From: a virus
Strand: one strand, 5' to 3'
Length of the DNA stretch: 64,000 bases
IMG/VR virus record: IMGVR_UViG_3300017613_000484
Shown here: one piece after another, positions 1 to 7,167 of the stretch
Numbering within the stretch: position 1 is the first letter of the stretch
Layout of the letters: each line of letters begins with the position of its first letter
The notes under the pieces: generated by a model
The model's input: the letters and a program-made list of their open reading frames with translations, nothing else
Told to the model about the DNA's origin: nothing
Databases searched by the model: none
Made by a program: the position numbers and the translations under genes

Positions 1-5
1 AGGCT

Positions 6-353
6 TTGGATGGTGACAAGCAGAGGAAAATAATTCGGTTGAATGGGAAGCACACTCTGACAGAAAAGCAAACCTCTGTGATGATCAAAAGTGCTTCAAG
101 CCTTGTGGGTCTTCCTTGTGGCAAAGAGGGAATTTTCTTGCAGGCGTTTGATGCCCTCCTCAACACCAACCGGTTCACCCGAAGATTGAGAAGCAGAAAA
201 AACCAAGTGCGTTCAAGTCTTGTTGCCTGGATCTATTTTGTTTCCTGCAAAATCAAATTCAATGGCGTTGATTGGCAATCCTGTGAACCTGATGACATTG
301 ACAAAGAAAGTTTGAAGAATCCAAACAAATGGAAAACTCTGGAAGAGATATAA
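6..353 (+). CDS. Hypothetical ORF, possibly the 3' end of a gene that starts upstream of the window
   Basis: Frame is open to the window edge (nt 3-5 are not a stop). TAA at 351-353 abuts the ATG of the next gene. No recognisable motif. Confidence 0.3.
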   Translation: MDGDKQRKIIRLNGKHTLTEKQTSVMIKSASSLVGLPCGKEGIFLQAFDALLNTNRFTRRLRSRKNQVRSSLVAWIYFVSCKIKFNGVDWQSCEPDDIDKESLKNPNKWKTLEEI

Positions 354-1838
354 ATGGGACTTGTATGTTCAACCGGATGTTCCTTGCCATTCTCAAGAAC
401 GGAGGCTATTGATTCCGGTTGTGGTTTGCCGTTTGCAAAAACCAGAGCCATTGATCCTGCTTGTGCGGCTCCCTGGTTGAAGACATATCCGATGGACACC
501 GATTGTGAAGCACCTTGGGAAAAGACAAGGCCCATTGATGTTGATTGTGAAACTGTTTGGCAAAAAACCAGACCGATAGATGTTGAGTGTGAAACACCTT
601 GGAGCAAGACCACTCCTCTTGATCCTGTCTGCCTCATACCTTGGCAGAAAACCAATGCCCTTGATCCTGTCTGTCCTGCCATCTTTGCAAGGGCTGAACC
701 CGTTGACAGTCAATGCACCACAGAATTTTCACCAGAGGAAAAGCCTTGGGTGCAATGTGAAATTCCATATCTTGATCTTGGAGGAAGAATTGTGATTGCA
801 CAAGAAATTGAATTTTATAGAACTTCAGATGACCAACCAATTGAGTTGGTTCAGGGTTCTATCACGGCAGACAGGAATCAATGGTGCTGGACATTTGAGG
901 GAGTGGTTGCCAGCAGGGTTGATGCAAACTATTTGAGACTTGATTCAGGGCCGGTTGAGTGCATCCTTGGAATCAACGGCTATTATTGGAAAATCTATGT
1001 TGAAAAGATTTCTGACAACTATGCCCATGCTTCTTCAACATATACGATTCAAGGAAGATCCAAATCAATTGAGATGTCTGCTCCCTATGCTCCACAAATG
1101 ACTGACACCTATGGTTCAGCATATACCATTCAGCAATTGGTTGCAGATCGAATCAACACAGGTGGATATTCCTGGGGTCAAATTTGGGGTGATGGTGCAA
1201 ACCTGAAGAACTGGACAGTTCCGGCAGACACATATTCCTATGCCAATTTCACAAGGATGGCGGTGGTTCAAGACATCTGCAAAAAGATTGGAGCCTTTGT
1301 TCAGACTGAGGGAGGGACAACCACAGATCCGGCAACGATAGTTGACCGGCTGGTTTTCAATTCTCTCTATCCCACTTCACCACATCAATGGGGAACGGCA
1401 ACGATTGATGAATATATTTCACCAAGTCACATATTTTCACAAAGCTATTTTTGGTCGCCTGGAAAGGGTGTTGATTATGTTTATATTTCTGGGATGGGAA
1501 CGAATGCTATTCTCAGGAAAATGTATCGGCTTGCATATGCTCCCACAACTGCATATCCAACCCAGACCAATGAACTGATGTGCCATGAAGATGCAACCTT
1601 CCAGCTTGGCCGATCAATTCTTGATACCCACCAATGGGACAAGACAGTTCACACTTTGATGCTTCCTCTGCCTCTTGCTTCAATGTCTATCAGGCCAGCT
1701 TTGATTCTCCCTGGAAATCTTTTGGAAATCACTGATTTGTTTTCCACTTGGAGAGGTCAGGCAATTAGTGTTAGGATTGCAATGGGTCAAAAGGTTGGAG
1801 TCACACAATCAATCAAGGTTGAACAGTTTCACACATAA
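354..1838 (+). CDS. Tail-associated structural protein with N-terminal Cys-periodic repeat array (function not assigned)
   Basis: 494-aa ORF in a run of co-oriented tail genes. Residues 9-135 form a 14-residue repeat with Cys at every 14th position. The rest has no motif I can name. Confidence 0.7.
   Translation: MGLVCSTGCSLPFSRTEAIDSGCGLPFAKTRAIDPACAAPWLKTYPMDTDCEAPWEKTRPIDVDCETVWQKTRPIDVECETPWSKTTPLDPVCLIPWQKTNALDPVCPAIFARAEPVDSQCTTEFSPEEKPWVQCEIPYLDLGGRIVIAQEIEFYRTSDDQPIELVQGSITADRNQWCWTFEGVVASRVDANYLRLDSGPVECILGINGYYWKIYVEKISDNYAHASSTYTIQGRSKSIEMSAPYAPQMTDTYGSAYTIQQLVADRINTGGYSWGQIWGDGANLKNWTVPADTYSYANFTRMAVVQDICKKIGAFVQTEGGTTTDPATIVDRLVFNSLYPTSPHQWGTATIDEYISPSHIFSQSYFWSPGKGVDYVYISGMGTNAILRKMYRLAYAPTTAYPTQTNELMCHEDATFQLGRSILDTHQWDKTVHTLMLPLPLASMSIRPALILPGNLLEITDLFSTWRGQAISVRIAMGQKVGVTQSIKVEQFHT
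378..758 (+). repeat. Nine in-frame 42-nt tandem repeats encoding C-x2-P-(W/F)-x-(K/R)-T-x-(P/A)-(I/L/M/V)-D-x2
   Basis: Cys at residues 9, 23, 37, 51, 65, 79, 93, 107, 121 and 135 of the 354-1838 product, e.g. CEAPWEKTRPIDVD / CETVWQKTRPIDVE / CETPWSKTTPLDPV. Confidence 0.85.
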
Positions 1839-1849
1839 GGGAAGAGAAG

Positions 1850-2095
1850 ATGGGAACGAACACTTTCAATCCATATGCAATCTTCAGGCAGATTTTTCCC
1901 ACAGCGGATTATCTGATTGTTGAAGTGACAGCGGTTCTTGGGGATGGTAGGTATGAAGTTCAAAATCCTGAAGGGGATGTTTTCATTGTTGAAGGGCCGG
2001 ATGGTTACATTGTGACTGACAAAGTTTCCATCTCTTTGGGAAATATTGTGGGATCGGCTCCCACTCTTGTTTCACAGGACAGGCCGATTCCATAG
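1850..2095 (+). CDS. Hypothetical small structural-module protein
   Basis: 81-aa ORF with a purine-rich GGGAAGAGAAG directly upstream of the ATG. Co-oriented with tail genes. Confidence 0.55.
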   Translation: MGTNTFNPYAIFRQIFPTADYLIVEVTAVLGDGRYEVQNPEGDVFIVEGPDGYIVTDKVSISLGNIVGSAPTLVSQDRPIP

Positions 2096-2105
2096 GAGAA
2101 AAAGG

Positions 2106-3083
2106 ATGTATGCCAAAATTTCAGATATTACTCTGACACAGGATACCATCTACACAAATGAATGGGACTTCACACCTGTTCCTCAGATGGTCAAGCCCAC
2201 TGTCCAAGGCAATGTGGTCATTGAGGTGATCAACCCTGTCAGCTATTCAGGCAGACCAATGACTTTGCAGTTGGGTTGGATCAATGCTCAGACTCTTCGA
2301 TATTTGACAGCCCTTCGGGACACCTATGATCAGAAGGCCAGGATCACAAGGCTTTGTGATGGCAGAGAGTTCACCACTGTCTTCAATCATGCAATGGGCA
2401 ACCCGCTTCAGGTTGCTTCAATTGTTCCCAGGCCGGATCACTTCAATCAGGTCAGCCCTGATTGGTATGATGCAACCTTGAATCTTTTGCAGGGAGAAAT
2501 TTCTGACACCACTTCTTTTTCATATGGAACATTCAATCCCTCTGACAAAGATGGCAACATCACTTTGAGCAATGGGGATCTGACAGTTGAGTCAACCTTG
2601 ATTGGCTTGCGTTCTGTCCGGTCAACCTTCAGCAAGAACGATGATGGAACAGCCTATGCGGAGTTCACCATTGATGCTGATCCGGTTGGTGATGGTGAGA
2701 TTGTGATTGGCATTGGCAACCCTTCTGCCAACCTTGCAACCTATGCCGGAGCAGACACAAATTCCTATGGCTATTATGGAGCAGATGGCAAGAAACTTTA
2801 TGATGGTGGATCAGAAACAATGGGTGACACCTACACAGTAGGTGACAAGATTCAAATGGCCTATGACATGAACAACGGAAATCTTTGGTTTGGAAAGAAT
2901 GGAACTTGGGTTGGTGATCCAGTTGGAAGATCAGATCCAGCCTTCACAAGCATCTCAGGTGACATGCACATCATGATTTCCATTGGCAGGGTTGGGAATG
3001 AAGTGACTGCAAACTTTGGAGCCACAATTCTTGAGTATATGTTCCCACAAGGATTTCTCCCTGGCTTGATTGAGGAGGCATGA
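2106..3083 (+). CDS. Tail protein with C-terminal SPRY/B30.2-like domain
   Basis: ATG 2106 is preceded by GGAGAAAAAGG. The C-terminal ~190 aa fit the SPRY pattern (GYYGADGKKLYDGG ... GDKIQMAYDMNNGNLWFGKNGTWVG ... VTANFG). Confidence 0.8.
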   Translation: MYAKISDITLTQDTIYTNEWDFTPVPQMVKPTVQGNVVIEVINPVSYSGRPMTLQLGWINAQTLRYLTALRDTYDQKARITRLCDGREFTTVFNHAMGNPLQVASIVPRPDHFNQVSPDWYDATLNLLQGEISDTTSFSYGTFNPSDKDGNITLSNGDLTVESTLIGLRSVRSTFSKNDDGTAYAEFTIDADPVGDGEIVIGIGNPSANLATYAGADTNSYGYYGADGKKLYDGGSETMGDTYTVGDKIQMAYDMNNGNLWFGKNGTWVGDPVGRSDPAFTSISGDMHIMISIGRVGNEVTANFGATILEYMFPQGFLPGLIEEA

Positions 3084-3084
3084 A

Positions 3085-3522
3085 ATGGGTGATGCCCTTC
3101 TGCAAGATTTGACCTTGCCTGTCACAGCCAATCTTGGCCTTCATGCTATGTGGGAAAACCAATGGGGAACCACACCCATTCGGCAACAAATGAAAACAAC
3201 TCTTGATGGTGCGGCTGTCTTTGAATATTTATATCCTGTGAAGAGTGGAAGCCAGATCATTGTTGATTGCTCCTGGCTGACAAAGGCAGAACTTCAAAAC
3301 CTGATCACTCTGAGGGATCGGGTTGTTCAAGAGATTATGCAGTTGACCTTCTGTGATGGAATTAGATATGAAGTTATGTGGGATCATGGAAGCACAAGAC
3401 CAATCGAAACAGTTCCAGCAATTCCCCGCCCTGACTATGACGTTGAACTTTGGCCTGACGTTTTCATCACAAAAATCTATTTGATTGATGCTGGCTTTGG
3501 GCCAATCACAGGCTTGCCATAA
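3085..3522 (+). CDS. Tail protein, paralog of the N-terminal domain of 2106-3083
   Basis: ATG 3085 is one nt after the upstream stop, with GAGGAGG upstream. Shares ordered words with the neighbour (LRD..., CDG, (V/I)PRPD). Confidence 0.7.
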   Translation: MGDALLQDLTLPVTANLGLHAMWENQWGTTPIRQQMKTTLDGAAVFEYLYPVKSGSQIIVDCSWLTKAELQNLITLRDRVVQEIMQLTFCDGIRYEVMWDHGSTRPIETVPAIPRPDYDVELWPDVFITKIYLIDAGFGPITGLP

Positions 3523-3539
3523 TCGGGAGGATTTATAAT

Positions 3540-3722
3540 ATGATGAACCCAATTGGAGTGGCCGCAATAATATTGGTTGTGGTGTGTATGCTTTCAATCT
3601 ATTTGCTTTTGGTATCTAACAAGGAGGTGAACAAGTATGAGAAACAGAAATGCAATAACAAACCAACAAATTGTCCTGGGAATGATCCTGTCAATCTGCC
3701 TGATGATGGTGGTGGGATGTAA
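3540..3722 (+). CDS. Small single-pass membrane protein
   Basis: 60 aa with a GGGAGG RBS. One hydrophobic helix (IGVAAIILVVVCMLSIYLLLV), then an Asn/Pro/Gly-rich tail. Confidence 0.55.
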   Translation: MMNPIGVAAIILVVVCMLSIYLLLVSNKEVNKYEKQKCNNKPTNCPGNDPVNLPDDGGGM

Positions 3723-4086
3723 TTCAAAATTTGTTCCGGTGACATACAAGTCAATGCTGGTGATGGAGACAACCTATGACACCGCCCTGACAATCTGTGG
3801 TGATCTTTACAAGCAGGGGATCATTGAAGAATCACAGAAGGAAAAAATCATCCAGGGTGCAAGGGTGTTCCAAGAAACATATGATTTGCTTGGCGTTGCC
3901 CTTCTCAATTATGAGAGGGCCAAAGACAAAGACAACTTGGAAAAGGTGATGCTTGCAATGGGTGAGTGTCTTGCAAACTATGACCGGTTCATCACTCTGT
4001 TCGAATTGTTCACACATAAGACATTGCCCAAAGGCACAATCCCTGACAGAGAATACATTGTGGACAGGGTTGCCACAGTTCAATAG
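3637..4086 (+). CDS. Predicted lipoprotein
   Basis: 149 aa with AAGGAGGTGA 6 nt upstream of the ATG. Signal peptide ends in the lipobox-like LMMVVG|C. The start lies inside 3540-3722 in another frame. Confidence 0.65.
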   Translation: MRNRNAITNQQIVLGMILSICLMMVVGCNSKFVPVTYKSMLVMETTYDTALTICGDLYKQGIIEESQKEKIIQGARVFQETYDLLGVALLNYERAKDKDNLEKVMLAMGECLANYDRFITLFELFTHKTLPKGTIPDREYIVDRVATVQ

Positions 4087-4103
4087 TTCCTGGGGCGGGA
4101 AGC

Positions 4104-4301
4104 ATGATCGGTGAAAAATTAGTCAGGAAACTCATGACCGAATGGTTTGAATATGTTGACAGCATTGTTGACAACTTTCTTTCCGCCCTGGAAAAAATTT
4201 ATGGCAAGTTGGTGAACATAGAAAACATCCTCATCAATATTCAAAAGGAGAATGAAGATGGAAACAGCCCTGATTTTGGAAATCATAAGGATTGCCCTTG
4301 A
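4104..4301 (+). CDS. Hypothetical small protein
   Basis: 65-aa ORF with a weak RBS and no motif. Confidence 0.4.
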   Translation: MIGEKLVRKLMTEWFEYVDSIVDNFLSALEKIYGKLVNIENILINIQKENEDGNSPDFGNHKDCP

Positions 4302-4428
4302 CAGAGGTGTTCCGGCAGTTTTGAAAATTCTGTCAACGTGGTCAGCGATCAATGAAGATGACATCACAGAGGAAGACATTCAAGCCTTGATTGGAAAACT
4401 GAAAGATCCAGCTTCCTATTTTGAATAA
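4258..4428 (+). CDS. Hypothetical small protein (below the ORF-track cutoff)
   Basis: 56-aa ORF METALILEIIRIALDRG... read by hand. AAGGAG lies 7 nt upstream of the ATG. Confidence 0.45.
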   Translation: METALILEIIRIALDRGVPAVLKILSTWSAINEDDITEEDIQALIGKLKDPASYFE

Positions 4429-4434
4429 AAGATC

Positions 4435-4821
4435 ATGTTGTCTCTTCACTTAGAATTGCACGGTGTTGACTGCCTTGATAATAACAAGGTGATGAGCAGA
4501 GTTTTCTATTTGATCGAGTCTCTTCACCTTCATGTTCGGAACTCTCTCCGGTGTGAATATTATCCCTATGGAATAACCTTCACCGCCCATCTCTCTGAAA
4601 GCCACATCACAGTTTCAACATGGCCTGAGAAGTCACTTGTTCAGCTTGATCTTTTTCTTTGTTGTGAAGATGGATTGAAGGTTGCTGGAAAAGCAATCAA
4701 ACTTTCCGCTGAAGTTTTTCATGCGGCTTGCTACAACTCAGCAATCTTGAACAGAGAGGGAATGACAGTGGCCTCCCTTGACAGAAAGGATGGTGATTCC
4801 AATGTGCAATCAAGGCAATAA
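4435..4821 (+). CDS. speD: S-adenosylmethionine decarboxylase proenzyme (pyruvoyl-dependent, SpeD/SpeH class)
   Basis: 128 aa. LSESHITVSTWPE (Glu-Ser self-cleavage site) and LDLFLCCED match the class-1 AdoMetDC core. Confidence 0.85.
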   Translation: MLSLHLELHGVDCLDNNKVMSRVFYLIESLHLHVRNSLRCEYYPYGITFTAHLSESHITVSTWPEKSLVQLDLFLCCEDGLKVAGKAIKLSAEVFHAACYNSAILNREGMTVASLDRKDGDSNVQSRQ

Positions 4822-4847
4822 AGACTGAGGGCTTTTTTATGCAGAAG

Positions 4848-4887
4848 GGCCATCCCTGTTCAGACTTTTCAGGGATGGCCTTTTTTT
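4848..4887 (+). terminator. Intrinsic terminator between convergent genes
   Basis: GGCCATCCCT (4848-4857) pairs with AGGGATGGCC (4871-4880). 13-nt loop, then TTTTTTT. Confidence 0.7.
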
Positions 4888-5287
4888 ATAGGATAAATTT
4901 TTCGAAGTCATCAATGAAGGATTTTCTCAGGGGTTCTTTCTTCTGCTTCTCAGTCACCATCCTGAATCTATAGATTCCATTTGAATATTGCTGACAAATA
5001 TTCTTGAACTCTATGAGTGAAAACAACCAAGCTGAAGTTGCATGAAAATTCACAGCGGCAACATAGTCAGCCTTGGCGTTGTCTCTGATCTTCCAGACCA
5101 GTTCAGGAACACTCTTCGGTTTCTTCTGCTTTGGCCCTTGTCTCACAAGCACCCTGATTGTTTCTTTCTTTGTGAATGATTTGATCAACAAGATGTTCCT
5201 TGTGATCAATTCAGTCTCAACACCTTTTGCCAGCAGTTTTTCTTTGACGATGTTTGTTCCTGCTTCTATCAGTTTTTGATTGATCAT
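4886..5287 (-). CDS. Hypothetical protein
   Basis: 133 aa from ATG 5287 (ATGA overlap with the upstream stop). No confident family. Confidence 0.6.
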   Translation of the reverse strand: MINQKLIEAGTNIVKEKLLAKGVETELITRNILLIKSFTKKETIRVLVRQGPKQKKPKSVPELVWKIRDNAKADYVAAVNFHATSAWLFSLIEFKNICQQYSNGIYRFRMVTEKQKKEPLRKSFIDDFEKFIL

Positions 5288-5700
5288 TTTTCTATTCTCT
5301 CCCACCCTGCCTTTTCATAGTTCCATTTATAAATAGGCACAGGTTCTTTTTTGTCTTTCTCGAATCGCAAAATATAGATTGGAATTTTTGATCTGCAACG
5401 ATAGGGATATATTTCCAGGGCTGTCAGAAGTCCTGGCATGGGTTCATGGGTCACACCAAAATCAATTATCTCTTCATCACCTTTTTGCTGTGCTTGCTTT
5501 TCATAGGCAATGGCATATGTTGGAAAGGCGGTTTCCTTTGTGATTTCTCCTGCATGTTCCATTGCATGAAGCTGAAGAACAACTTTGGGAATGTAGAAAG
5601 AAATGGTGATTTCTTCAAGCGGGTTTCTAATCTCTTCAACGATTGTTTGGCCGGAAGAAGGATCACCAAGTTTGGCACCTTTGACAGAAACTTTCTCCAT
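5284..5700 (-). CDS. Hypothetical protein
   Basis: 138-aa ORF, translationally coupled to the next gene. No motif. Confidence 0.6.
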   Translation of the reverse strand: MEKVSVKGAKLGDPSSGQTIVEEIRNPLEEITISFYIPKVVLQLHAMEHAGEITKETAFPTYAIAYEKQAQQKGDEEIIDFGVTHEPMPGLLTALEIYPYRCRSKIPIYILRFEKDKKEPVPIYKWNYEKAGWERIEK

Positions 5701-5762
5701 TGATCAACTCCTTGGAAGGATGCTTGCTCCCCCAGGAAAAAACAGGGGAGCAAGCCTTGCTT

Positions 5763-5972
5763 CTACTGACTGATAATTTTGTTTCCCGCAATCAAGAACT
5801 TGCCGATCCCTTCCAAAACTTTCTGAAGGCCGGTCAGCTTTTTCATATGCTCTTGGTTCACCCAATAGGAATGAACAACACAGGGTGATTGCATACACTT
5901 CATATAATTGCCTTTGTTGATGCAATGCTGGCAGGGATCTTGCGGAAGTTGAATTATGTTGTCCTTTGTCAT
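5763..5972 (-). CDS. Hypothetical Cys/His-rich small protein
   Basis: 69 aa from ATG 5972 (GGGGAAAG upstream). Contains CQHC...C...C..H. Confidence 0.45.
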   Translation of the reverse strand: MTKDNIIQLPQDPCQHCINKGNYMKCMQSPCVVHSYWVNQEHMKKLTGLQKVLEGIGKFLIAGNKIISQ

Positions 5973-5982
5973 CAACTTTCCC

Positions 5983-6393
5983 CTAATTGATTTGGAGATT
6001 TCCACAGGTTCCAGGTGGCGGCTCCGGCTTGGTGCTGGCAGTCACAATTGCTGTGACACACTGAACAGTTCCGGTGTCCCACCTTGAGCCAACAACAACC
6101 TCATAGTCTGTGGAATATTCCAGGTCAGGAATTGTGATGGTGTTGGAAGTTGATTCGATTGTCTGCCACTCAGTTTCTCCAACCTTTCGATAGCTGAGAA
6201 CATAGACAACTCTTGCCAAATCTTCAGGTGTCAATTCCCTCCCAAGTTCAGCACAATCACCAATGGCAGTTGTGTGAGTGGGAGCATCAAAGGTTGCGGT
6301 CATTGTGGTTGCCGCCCATGCTGAAACTGTCATGGCATAGAACAGCACCAAGACCAATGTGATTTTCAGCCCTGCTTCCAGTTTCTTTTTCAT
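5983..6393 (-). CDS. Secreted protein with fibronectin-III-like beta domain
   Basis: 136 aa with an AAGGAGAAAG RBS. Signal peptide LVLVLFYAMTVSAWA|A. Beta-rich segment YVLSYRKVGETEWQTIEST...YEVVV. Confidence 0.7.
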   Translation of the reverse strand: MKKKLEAGLKITLVLVLFYAMTVSAWAATTMTATFDAPTHTTAIGDCAELGRELTPEDLARVVYVLSYRKVGETEWQTIESTSNTITIPDLEYSTDYEVVVGSRWDTGTVQCVTAIVTASTKPEPPPGTCGNLQIN

Positions 6394-6477
6394 TTTCTTT
6401 CTCCTTCTCTTGGGGTTTATAAAAAATTTAATAGAATACTAACACAAACCACACCCTGAAAACAGAGCCTTTTTTAT

Positions 6478-7140
6478 TTATTCCAACTCACTGACAATGG
6501 CTGAATATTTCCCGAATTGGCCGCTTGATGGACTTCCTGGCCGCCAATCCAAAAGGCCAATCAACACTCCCCCAATATCAACAATCTGCTGAAGGACTTT
6601 CTGATCAATGCCGGAAACTTCGGGATCAACTGAAAGCCCAATTGAGCATGTCCAATTCCTGAACAGTGGGCGGCATCTGATGTGTTTTGATTTGCCTATG
6701 GCGGCACGTTTCAGGAAGAGTTCAAACCCCAGATCATTTGCAACTTCTTTGTGTTTTTTGAAATCCAATTCTCCAATCAGGGACTTGATAGGTTGCCAGG
6801 GAATTTTGTTTCCATCTATGATCAGAGGGAATCCAATGTCATCAAGAATGATTTGGGAGGTCAGTTTTTTGAAAGTCTCTTTTCCTTTTCCGGTTTTTAT
6901 CTTCACACCAGCATCCCTGAAATGGGTCATCAAGCAATCAGCATCCAACACCAAATCCTCACCGTTCTGGTAGACATAGCCAACCCAAGTCCAGGGCGGT
7001 GAACGGTCATCTGCTGTCACACTGATTTGTTTGTTGGCCGGATCTTTCCGCCACTCCTTGATGCTTTCATCATATTCCAAATTGTCTTTGTGCATGATCA
7101 GAGGAGTTGTTCCTGTGAAATCAATTTTGAATCTCTTCAT
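6478..7140 (-). CDS. Hypothetical protein with C-terminal glycine-rich loop (possible RAMP/RRM-like fold, unverified)
   Basis: 220 aa from ATG 7140 (the track start at 7167 is GTG). Begins FKIDFTGTTPLIMH and ends DIGGVLIGLLDWRPGSPSSGQFGKY. Confidence 0.7.
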   Translation of the reverse strand: MKRFKIDFTGTTPLIMHKDNLEYDESIKEWRKDPANKQISVTADDRSPPWTWVGYVYQNGEDLVLDADCLMTHFRDAGVKIKTGKGKETFKKLTSQIILDDIGFPLIIDGNKIPWQPIKSLIGELDFKKHKEVANDLGFELFLKRAAIGKSKHIRCRPLFRNWTCSIGLSVDPEVSGIDQKVLQQIVDIGGVLIGLLDWRPGSPSSGQFGKYSAIVSELE

Positions 7141-7167
7141 TCTCTGTTCCTTTCTAATGATCTTCAC

